From Paracoccaceae bacterium (GTDB lineage Bacteria > Pseudomonadota > Alphaproteobacteria > Rhodobacterales > Rhodobacteraceae): DNA of 42,266 nucleotides. The position numbers and the translations under genes are program-made. Positions within the stretch are counted from its first letter, which is position 1. Each line of letters opens with the position of its first letter. Below, one piece after another: positions 1 to 7,554 of this stretch. A model generated the notes under the pieces. That model had not been told where the DNA came from. It was given only the letters and a program-made list of their open reading frames with translations, and did no database searches. The stretch lies in NCBI GenBank assembly GCA_018647275.1, contig JABGTH010000169.1:1-42266 (forward strand), in the 5' to 3' direction.

Positions 1-171
1 CAGACCCGGAAGACCGACCAGCAAACCATGCCCACCGCACAACAATGCGGTCAATGTCAGGTCGGCAACCCGCTCCTGCCCAATGAAGCGACGATTGATG
101 GATGCCTTGGCCTGACCAAGTTTTTCGCCCAGCGCCTCTATTTGCGCAACCATATCTTGGCTATTGGTCAT
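1..171 (-). CDS. moxR: MoxR-family AAA+ ATPase, 5' part only (runs off the window)
   Basis: Hand-translated MTNSQDMVAQIEALGEKLGQAKASINRRFIGQERVADLTLTALLCGGHGLLVGLPGL, ending in the start of the Walker A motif; GGAG upstream; divergent from DUF1285 as usual in alphaproteobacteria. Confidence 0.85.
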   Translation of the reverse strand, partial: MTNSQDMVAQIEALGEKLGQAKASINRRFIGQERVADLTLTALLCGGHGLLVGLPGL

Positions 172-240
172 GACATCAGTCTCCGGCAGGTTATATCTAT
201 CGGTGACAACCTATCGCCTAACGACGGAATGACAATTCTT

Positions 241-816
241 ATGAGTGGACAAAAGCCCGTGATCCCCAGTGCAGAAGGCCTTGTTGCCTCTATAAACGCC
301 ACGAAAACGCGCGGTTTGCCGCCTGTGCACCTGTGGAACCCACCGTTCTGTGGTGATCTGGATATGCGGATCGCACGGGATGGGACGTGGTTTTACGAGG
401 GCACGCCGATCGGGCGGCCAGCATTGGTTAAGATGTTTTCGTCGATCTTGAAGCGGGAAAACGGGAAATACTTCCTTGTGACGCCTGTTGAGAAGGTCGG
501 GATCATCGTCGATGACGCTCCATTTGTGGCGCTTGATTTCGATCCTGTAGGCCAAGGGTTGGATCAAGATTTGACGTTCACAACGCATGTCGATGATGCG
601 GTTGTTGCGGGCGTCAATCATCCCATTCGGGTTGAGCGGGATATTGAGACGGGAGAGCCGTCGCCATATATCTTGATCCGTGCGGATTTAGAGGCGCTGA
701 TAGATCGCAAGAGCTTCTACCGGTTGGTGGATTTGGGTGTGCATCACGAGGGCTGGTTTGGCGTGTGGTCTGGTGGAGCGTTCTTTGGGATTATTCCGTC
801 GGGGGAGCTGGAGTGA
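241..816 (+). CDS. DUF1285 family protein
   Basis: LPPVHLWNPPFCGDLDMRIARDGTWFYEGTPIGR and YFLVTPVEKVGI motifs; start set at ATG 241 because the longer ORF overlaps moxR. Confidence 0.85.
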   Translation: MSGQKPVIPSAEGLVASINATKTRGLPPVHLWNPPFCGDLDMRIARDGTWFYEGTPIGRPALVKMFSSILKRENGKYFLVTPVEKVGIIVDDAPFVALDFDPVGQGLDQDLTFTTHVDDAVVAGVNHPIRVERDIETGEPSPYILIRADLEALIDRKSFYRLVDLGVHHEGWFGVWSGGAFFGIIPSGELE

Positions 817-818
817 AG

Positions 819-914
819 TTATGAAAACCACTCTATGTTTTTCATTTTAGTTAAGGCTCTGTCGACAATCTCTTTTATCCCATTGCTAATACCGTCTGAA
901 ATCAATTGATCCAT
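819..914 (-). CDS. Candidate 31-aa small protein or gene remnant (MDQLISDGISNGIKEIVDRALTKMKNIEWFS)
   Basis: ATG at 914 preceded by strong SD-like GAAAGGAA; TAA at 819-821; fills the intergenic gap. Confidence 0.3.
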   Translation of the reverse strand: MDQLISDGISNGIKEIVDRALTKMKNIEWFS

Positions 915-933
915 TTAAATTCCTTTCACACAT

Positions 934-963
934 AAAAAAGGCGGACCCGAAGGCTCGCCCTTA
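934..963 (-). terminator. Intrinsic terminator of msrBA
   Basis: Minus strand AAGGGCGAGCC-TTCG-GGTCCGCC-TTTTTT directly after the msrA stop. Confidence 0.75.
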
Positions 964-966
964 TTC

Positions 967-1473
967 TTATTCTGCTGCCCGTTTTGGTAATGTCCAATCC
1001 GGTCGTACAAAGTGGCAGGTATAGCCGTTTGGTATCCGCTCAAGGTAATCTTGATGCTCTGGCTCTGCTTCCCAAAAATCGCCCACTGGGTCGACTTCGG
1101 TCACAACTTTGGCCGGCCAAATGCCTGATGCCTCAACATCTGCAATGGTATCAAGCGCCGTTTGATACTGCGATTTGTTGGCGTAGTAGATGGCAGAACG
1201 GTAACCCAAGCCACGGTCATTGCCTTGGCGGTTAGGCGTGGTCGGGTCGTGGATTTGGAAGAAGAACTCTAACAGCTCACGGTAGGTGATTTTGTTAGGG
1301 TCGAACATGATTTCAATCCCTTCCGCATGTGTCCCGTGATTGCGGTAGGTTGCATTTGGAACGTCCCCACCAGTGTAACCGACACGGGTGTCCGTGACAC
1401 CCGGCATTTTACGGATCAGGTCCTGCATGCCCCAGAAGCATCCGCCTGCTAAAACTGCGCGTTCAATGGTCAT
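967..1473 (-). CDS. msrA: Peptide methionine-S-sulfoxide reductase
   Basis: GGCFWG active site, [16 protein letters not shown]. Confidence 0.97.
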   Translation of the reverse strand: MTIERAVLAGGCFWGMQDLIRKMPGVTDTRVGYTGGDVPNATYRNHGTHAEGIEIMFDPNKITYRELLEFFFQIHDPTTPNRQGNDRGLGYRSAIYYANKSQYQTALDTIADVEASGIWPAKVVTEVDPVGDFWEAEPEHQDYLERIPNGYTCHFVRPDWTLPKRAAE

Positions 1474-1919
1474 CTGATATTCTCCACTTGGTCTAAATAT
1501 GCGCCGTAGCCTTCCCCTTCCATATCGTCATGGTGGACGAAACGTAGGGAGGCCGAGTTGATGCAGTACCGCAATCCGCCCCGATCACGCGGTCCGTCTG
1601 GAAACACGTGGCCAAGGTGGCTGTCGCCATGCATGGAACGCACTTCGGTGCGAACCATGCCAAGGGTAGCGTCCTTCAGCTCAGCCACATTTGCCGGTTC
1701 AATCGCTTTAGTAAAGCTTGGCCAGCCACATCCACTTTCGTATTTATCGCTTGAGGCAAACAATGGCTCACCCGATACGATATCGACGTAAAGGCCTGGC
1801 TCTTTGTTAGCGAGCAATTTGCCAGTACCTGGACGTTCTGTGCCGCTTTCTTGCGTCACATAGAATTCCTCTGGCGATAGGGTTGCGATGACGTCTGGGT
1901 TCTTTGTGTAGCTGGTCAT
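1470..1919 (-). CDS. msrB: Peptide methionine-R-sulfoxide reductase
   Basis: [31 protein letters not shown]; ATGA overlap with msrA; AAAGGA SD before ATG 1919. Confidence 0.97.
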   Translation of the reverse strand: MTSYTKNPDVIATLSPEEFYVTQESGTERPGTGKLLANKEPGLYVDIVSGEPLFASSDKYESGCGWPSFTKAIEPANVAELKDATLGMVRTEVRSMHGDSHLGHVFPDGPRDRGGLRYCINSASLRFVHHDDMEGEGYGAYLDQVENIR

Positions 1920-2057
1920 GGCGTGTCCTTTCATGTTGGTTGTCTATTAGATGGGGCTGCAATGTATAAAAGAAAAGGATGAAATCGTTTCGATACAATT
2001 GTCGGGGTCAACATCCTATGACAAACAGTAATAATTAACTAAGGAAGGGATCAGGAA

Positions 2058-2654
2058 ATGGCGCAACAACCTCGTGCATGGCAACGTATGCTGTCTGGTC
2101 GCAGGCTAGATTTACTTGATCCAACCCCTGTGGACATCGAGATCGAAGACATCGCCCACGGTCTAGCCTTTGTCGCGCGCTGGAACGGCCAAACACATGG
2201 CGATTTCGCCTATTCCGTAGCTGAACATTCGCTTCTGGTTGAAATCTTATATGGGCGTATATCGCCCAATGCACCGATCAAGTGGCGGTTGGCCGCCCTG
2301 CTGCATGATGCGCCTGAATACGTGATTGGTGACATGATTTCCCCCGTTAAAGCCGCCGTTGGTCCGGGCTATGGGGAATTGGACGATCGCCTGATGGCGG
2401 CAATACACATTCGCTTTGGTCTACCTGCGGTGATCCCTGTTGCGGTCAAAAAGCAAATTAAAAAAGCGGACCGTATTAGCGCATGGATGGAAGCCGTACA
2501 AATCGCAGGCTTTTCACAAGAAGAAGCGACCAAGCTGTTTGGCAAACCAGATTCAGACGTGATCGACGGACTTTCCATCGTTTTGCGCACCCCTGTTGAA
2601 ACGCGCACCGACTTTGCCGCCCGTCACCACGTCCTGCTAAAGGAAATGCCATGA
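2058..2654 (+). CDS. HD-domain hydrolase (YfbR-like 5'-deoxynucleotidase family)
   Basis: RAWQRMLSGRRLDLLDP, YSVAEHS, LLHDAPEYVIGD. Confidence 0.9.
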   Translation: MAQQPRAWQRMLSGRRLDLLDPTPVDIEIEDIAHGLAFVARWNGQTHGDFAYSVAEHSLLVEILYGRISPNAPIKWRLAALLHDAPEYVIGDMISPVKAAVGPGYGELDDRLMAAIHIRFGLPAVIPVAVKKQIKKADRISAWMEAVQIAGFSQEEATKLFGKPDSDVIDGLSIVLRTPVETRTDFAARHHVLLKEMP

Positions 2655-3136
2655 CATATGTACGCCGCGCCAATTTGATGGATGCGAAATCAATGGCGAC
2701 CTTATTGAACGCTATCATTGAAAAGGGTGGCACCACAGCCAAGACCCAAACCGTAACAGGGGACGATATCAGCGAATGGATGTCCTTTGCCCCAGACGAA
2801 TCTGCATGGCATGTCGCGTTGGACGACGCTGAACAGGTCATCGGATTTCAATGGATTTCCCCACACGAAAAGCTGCCGGCAGAGGCGTGCGATATTGCGA
2901 CCTTTGTTCAGGTCGGACGTACGGGGTTGGGCATTGGGTCATCCCTGTTTTCGGCCACCTCAAAGGCAGCCAAAAACTTGGGGTACGTTTGGATCAACGC
3001 CACTATCCGCACCGACAATGAGGGCGGATTGACCTATTATCAATCGCGCGGTTTCCGAACGTGGACACTCGACAAAGACGTCAAATTGGACAGCGGTTTG
3101 ATCGTCGACAAGATCAGCAAACGCTACGATATCTAA
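2651..3136 (+). CDS. GNAT-family N-acetyltransferase
   Basis: RTGLGIGSSL acetyl-CoA motif, NEGGLTYYQSRGF; ATGA overlap with the upstream gene. Confidence 0.85.
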   Translation: MTYVRRANLMDAKSMATLLNAIIEKGGTTAKTQTVTGDDISEWMSFAPDESAWHVALDDAEQVIGFQWISPHEKLPAEACDIATFVQVGRTGLGIGSSLFSATSKAAKNLGYVWINATIRTDNEGGLTYYQSRGFRTWTLDKDVKLDSGLIVDKISKRYDI

Positions 3137-3140
3137 ACGA

Positions 3141-3695
3141 TTAGCGCGGTGAACGTTTTGCCAAAATACGTTGCAACGTACGGCGGTGCATGTTCAGGCG
3201 ACGTGCTGTTTCAGATACGTTGCGATCACACAATTCGTAGACACGTTGAATGTGTTCCCAACGTACGCGATCCGCACTCATCGGGTTTTCTGGTGGTGGG
3301 GGCAGATCATCGCCCGACGCCAACAGCGCATTCATGATATCGGTCGCGTCCGCTGGCTTCGACAAATAGTCTGTCGCGCCAATTTTCACCGCAGCAACAG
3401 CCGTGGCAATCGCACCGTAACCTGTCAGGACAACGATACGTGCATCTGGACGTTTTTCACGCAGCACTTCGACCACGTCCAAACCATTACCGTCCTCAAG
3501 GCGCAGATCGATCACGGCGTATGCTGGCGGACGGGCCGTTGCAATTGCACGACCTGCGGCAACGCTGCCGCCGGTCTCAACTTCAAAGCCACGTTTCTCC
3601 ATCGCTTTTGCAAGACGGCGTAAAAAGGGTTCGTCGTCATCTAGCAACATCAATGTGCGGTCTTCACCAAGGTCGTATTCGATTGGGTCTGCCAT
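3141..3695 (-). CDS. regA: RegA/PrrA/ActR redox response regulator
   Basis: Receiver domain LLDDDEPFLRRLAKAMEKRGF, PPPPENPMSADRVRWEHIQRV, HTH NVSETARRLNMHRRTLQRILAKRSPR; GGAGA SD before ATG 3695. Confidence 0.97.
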   Translation of the reverse strand: MADPIEYDLGEDRTLMLLDDDEPFLRRLAKAMEKRGFEVETGGSVAAGRAIATARPPAYAVIDLRLEDGNGLDVVEVLREKRPDARIVVLTGYGAIATAVAAVKIGATDYLSKPADATDIMNALLASGDDLPPPPENPMSADRVRWEHIQRVYELCDRNVSETARRLNMHRRTLQRILAKRSPR

Positions 3696-3719
3696 GTGAT
3701 CGTCTCCTTGTTCAGAGTT

Positions 3720-3748
3720 AATATGGGTCGCGGACACCCTTTGGTCAA
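3720..3748 (-). promoter_or_regulatory. Putative promoter for regA in the senC-regA gap
   Basis: Minus strand TTGACC-N17-CATATT ending 25 nt upstream of the regA ATG. Confidence 0.5.
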
Positions 3749-3762
3749 ACTAAGTAACACTA

Positions 3763-4377
3763 TTAAGCGTTGTCGATAAAGCACCCGACCATTTTGGCCA
3801 TATCTTTGGCCCCAATTTCACGGCGGAAAAATTCGACAAACCCATGTTCTGGAAGAACCAAATAACTAAACGTTGAGTGATCAACGAGGTAATATTCATC
3901 GTCCGCTGGGTGCGCTTTGTAATATGTACGGTACGCTTGGCTGGCCGCTTTAACCTGTTCAGGTGACCCCGTCAGACCAATCATTTTTTCGTGCATGTTG
4001 AACGCAAAATCGCCAACTACTTCGGGCGTGTCGCGATTGGGATCGATGGAGATGAAAAGTGGTGTCATGGATTGCCCTCCCTCTGCCAAAAAGTCAGTTG
4101 CCTCAGCATTGCGCGACACATCTAGTGGGCAAACATCTGGGCAGAACGTGTAGCCGAAATAAACCATTGTCGGTTCGGTGATGACGTCCCTGTCTGTCAC
4201 TGTTTCGCCTTTGGCATTCACCAACTCAAAAGGCCCACCAATGACTGTTCCACCTGCGACGGCCGATGCGCGGCACTGTGCAAATTGATCTGGATTGGCA
4301 TCTCGGGTTGCCAGCCATGAACCCCCAACTAAAACAGCTGCGGCAATTGCGGCAATGGGTGCGATTATACGTGACAT
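3763..4377 (-). CDS. senC: SCO1/SenC/PrrC copper chaperone
   Basis: FGYTFCPDVCP (CxxxC), YLVDHS; position between regB and regA. Confidence 0.95.
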   Translation of the reverse strand: MSRIIAPIAAIAAAVLVGGSWLATRDANPDQFAQCRASAVAGGTVIGGPFELVNAKGETVTDRDVITEPTMVYFGYTFCPDVCPLDVSRNAEATDFLAEGGQSMTPLFISIDPNRDTPEVVGDFAFNMHEKMIGLTGSPEQVKAASQAYRTYYKAHPADDEYYLVDHSTFSYLVLPEHGFVEFFRREIGAKDMAKMVGCFIDNA

Positions 4378-4465
4378 GTTATTCGCCTTAAATGTTAGTA
4401 ATGTTTAACAATGCTGGATTGATAACACCCCTCCTATCCTGCGCAATCAAAGAAATAGTGAGCAC

Positions 4466-5863
4466 ATGCCAGATTCCCACCTTAACGTTTTCACCGAACA
4501 GCAAAGATCCAACTGGATAAGGCTTAGAACCATGATTGTTCTACGATGGGTAGCCATTGTAGGACAATTAACCGCAATCTTGGTTGGACAATATGTCTAC
4601 GGATTGCAGTTGGAATTAGGTCTTTGTTACTTTGCTGTGGGCCTTTCAGTCATCGGGAATCTGGTCGCTGCCTTTGTTTTTCCTGAAAACAAGCGCCTTT
4701 CTGAGCGTGAAAACCTATCCATGGTCATGTTCGATTTGCTACAATTGGGATTCTTGTTGTTTCTCTCTGGTGGCCTGCACAATCCGTTTGCATTGCTACT
4801 GTTGGGTCCAGTTACTGTGTCAGCCGCGGTTCTTACAACGCGATCAACTCTACTGGCTGGTGGCACTGCAATTGCCATGGTGACGCTGCTGTCCAAGTTC
4901 CATCTATCCCTCAAAACTGACCAAGGATTTATCCTGCGCGTGCCCGATATTTTCCTGTTTGGGAACTGGATAGCATTGGTCATTGCCATTGTATTTATCG
5001 GGGCCTATTCGCGCCGGATTACGTCTGAGATGCACTCTATGTCCGATGCGCTAACCGCCACTCAAATGGCCCTATCACGCGAACAAAAATTGACTGATCT
5101 AGGCGGCGTTGTCGCTGCTGCGGCCCATGAATTAGGCACTCCTCTTGCCACGATCAAACTCGCCAGTTCTGAGTTGATGGACGAATTGGAGAATCGCGAA
5201 GATTTATGGGCAGATGCTGCATTGATCCGTGAACAGGCCAACAGATGTCGCGATATTTTACGCGATATGGGTCAGGCCGGAAAAGACGATTTGCACCTGC
5301 GCCAAGCACCCTTGATGACCGTCATCGCAGAAGCCGCAGAGCCCCACGCCCATCGTGGCAAAGCCGTGCATTTTTCACACGATCCATTGGCTGGTGTGGA
5401 GATGAGCCAACCCGCTATTTTGCGCAAACCAGAGATTATACATGGGTTGCGTAATCTGGTTCAAAACGCCGTCGACTTCGCCAACAAGAATGTTTGGGTC
5501 GAAGGACATTGGACTACAAACACCATTTCAATCCGGATCGTTGATGATGGGACAGGTTTCCCGCCTCATTTAATTGGACGCATCGGCGATCCATTTGTCG
5601 GGCGCCGCAAAACGCCGTCTGAAGGTCAAGACCGGCCAGGGTATGAAGGTATGGGTTTAGGTCTGTTTATTGCTAAGACCCTGCTAGAAAGATCTGGTGC
5701 TGAGCTGAGTTTTGCAAACGGGTCTGATCCATACATGACAGCACCAGATACTGCCAAACATACTGGCGCAATTGTCGAAGTGAAATGGCCCCGCGACACG
5801 ATTGATGCGCGCCACGGCAGCAACGCAATTCCGCTTGGTGAAAACCAAAGATTTCTAGGATAG
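4466..5863 (+). CDS. regB: RegB/PrrB/ActS sensor histidine kinase
   Basis: TM region with GGLHNPF quinone-binding motif, AAAAHELGTPL H-box, RCRDIL redox Cys, GMGLGLFI G-box. Confidence 0.97.
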   Translation: MPDSHLNVFTEQQRSNWIRLRTMIVLRWVAIVGQLTAILVGQYVYGLQLELGLCYFAVGLSVIGNLVAAFVFPENKRLSERENLSMVMFDLLQLGFLLFLSGGLHNPFALLLLGPVTVSAAVLTTRSTLLAGGTAIAMVTLLSKFHLSLKTDQGFILRVPDIFLFGNWIALVIAIVFIGAYSRRITSEMHSMSDALTATQMALSREQKLTDLGGVVAAAAHELGTPLATIKLASSELMDELENREDLWADAALIREQANRCRDILRDMGQAGKDDLHLRQAPLMTVIAEAAEPHAHRGKAVHFSHDPLAGVEMSQPAILRKPEIIHGLRNLVQNAVDFANKNVWVEGHWTTNTISIRIVDDGTGFPPHLIGRIGDPFVGRRKTPSEGQDRPGYEGMGLGLFIAKTLLERSGAELSFANGSDPYMTAPDTAKHTGAIVEVKWPRDTIDARHGSNAIPLGENQRFLG

Positions 5864-5880
5864 ATGAACGACTTACCCAT

Positions 5881-5901
5881 TGGTTAACAGGCTGTTAACC
5901 A
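5881..5901. promoter_or_regulatory. Full CtrA binding site (TTAA-N7-TTAAC) inside a perfect 10-bp-arm inverted repeat
   Basis: TGGTTAACAG-G-CTGTTAACCA, about 50 bp upstream of the divL-like gene. Confidence 0.8.
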
Positions 5902-5949
5902 TTTCCCCCGACATTTCCTCCAGAGCATCGTTCAGGGGATATGGCAGGT

Positions 5950-6841
5950 ATGACACTCTTTGAGATTTTGATAGTCGTCGTATCAGCCTTGCTAAGTACC
6001 CTCTTAGGGCTTTTATATTTTGGAAAACCTACCAAAAATGAGTTGGGATAACTGCAAAGCTATAGCTCTGCAGATATCTCTCTTTTGTTCAAAGAGCAGA
6101 CCGTACAACACGCCTCAACGGCCGGTTTTCGACTTGCTAAGTTCAATGGAAAAGGAAGTTATTGGGCCGCTCTGTGCATCAGTATAGCCCATCGGTTTCC
6201 CAGTTTTTCCTCAAGACCTTCGGACAATGCCAAAACTGTCGTTATTCCATCGCAGCACGATACCGACATTACAAAACTAGAAATCCGCAAGATCGATGAC
6301 GCAACACATGTGCAAATCATCGATTAAGAAACTTTGCCGTTGGACGTCCAGCACAAAATCAAATCGCTAGAAGCAGAAGTGATGGTGACAGGGTTTGCGA
6401 GTACCACCGCGCCTCATCCGATTTGGAAAGTTAAGCGGGATGGCACAGTTGGCTGGTATAAAACTGCTTATGAAACTCTTTATAAAAATAGTTTTTGATA
6501 AAGAGCCGCACGCAGATCAGCCACTATTCGATATCGAAGCTCAGTCAACTGATCCATTGCGCAGCAACCGAACTTCGGTGTCTTCGGGGCCGGGTGGAAA
6601 ACACTTTTATAGACATTACCATTTTGGACGCACTCAAAGACTGGAAACGCCAAAGCCTGCCCAATTATGCATGGGCCAACATCCGCGATTTTCTTATAAA
6701 ATTAGCCCTCAATCGCCCTGGGAATGTGAAATAAAGTGGGCAAATGGTGATATATTTTCTTGCTCTATAAAACCTGTTGCTTTGGGTGCAACAATGCTGG
6801 TTTTCAAAACCAAACCTGCCATCACACATAGCACCCCTTAA
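5950..6841 (+). pseudogene. divL: PAS-domain protein, DivL-like (Rhodobacterales type), degraded
   Basis: ATG 5950 plus TM helix; in-frame TAA at 6049 and 6325; PAS-like APHPIWKVKRDGTVGWYKTAY; frameshifts near 6485, 6590 and 6700; C-terminal-like WECEIKWANGDIFSCSIKPVALGATMLVF; syntenic slot between regB and tsaE. Confidence 0.75.
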
Positions 6842-6911
6842 AAAACCTTAACTACAAAAATAAGACCAATTTGACTTGCAGCTTGGCCACACCCACGCCA
6901 CCATAGGGCGC

Positions 6912-7388
6912 ATGGCAAACAACACCCTAAAAATCGATCTGGCAGACGCGAATGAGACTGCAAATCTTGCAGGTATTCTTGCGCAAAACGTCCAAATTGG
7001 TGACACAATTTTACTGACGGGCGCAGTTGGTGCCGGCAAAACACATTTTGCGCGTTCCTTTATTAAATCTCTTTTGACGGTGGACGAAGACGTGCCCTCG
7101 CCAACTTTCACACTTGTGCAGACATATGACACCACGGCTGGCGAAGTTTGGCACTCTGATCTTTACCGCTTAAACGCAGAACAAGAAATCGAAGAACTTG
7201 GCCTGTTTGATGCCATGACCGAAGCAGTTTGCCTGATAGAATGGCCTGACAGATTGGGTAGCTATGCCCCAACTGATGCACTTCATGTCGAATTGACACC
7301 TTCAAGCACCTTAGATTCACGTGTGCTGATCGCGCAATGGGATGACCCAAAGTGGGGTGCAAAAACTAAGGGATGGCGCAGTGACTAA
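6912..7388 (+). CDS. tsaE: tRNA t6A biosynthesis ATPase TsaE
   Basis: GAVGAGKTHFAR, VPSPTFTLVQTY, HSDLYRL, LIEWPDRL. Confidence 0.95.
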   Translation: MANNTLKIDLADANETANLAGILAQNVQIGDTILLTGAVGAGKTHFARSFIKSLLTVDEDVPSPTFTLVQTYDTTAGEVWHSDLYRLNAEQEIEELGLFDAMTEAVCLIEWPDRLGSYAPTDALHVELTPSSTLDSRVLIAQWDDPKWGAKTKGWRSD

Positions 7389-7554
7389 TTGCGAAACTGC
7401 GACGACCAAATTTCTGGAAGGAACCCAGTGGAGCAATGCCCAGCGTGTAACCGCGGCCGGTGACGCATCCAGTCGACGCTACGATCGGTTAACGCATTGC
7501 GACGTTGGACACCCTGAAGGCATCGCACAGGCAGAAGAGATGATGAATGTTTGA
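7381..7554 (+). pseudogene. amgK-murU: In-frame deletion chimera: N-terminus of AmgK (aminoglycoside-phosphotransferase-family sugar kinase) joined to C-terminus of MurU nucleotidyltransferase
   Basis: GTG 7381; AGDASSRRYDRL (AmgK P-loop region) directly followed by CDVGHPEGIAQAEEMM (MurU C-terminal DVG motif); junction near 7497; slot between tsaE and addB. Confidence 0.85.

Noticed and set aside
241-816. G-rich + strand suggesting a recent inversion
   Set aside because: The adjacent moxR fragment shows the opposite bias, and Gly/Trp/Val content accounts for much of it
6085-6841. ORFs 6085-6327, 6395-6841 and 6495-6734 as separate genes
   Set aside because: They are fragments of one PAS/divL-like pseudogene
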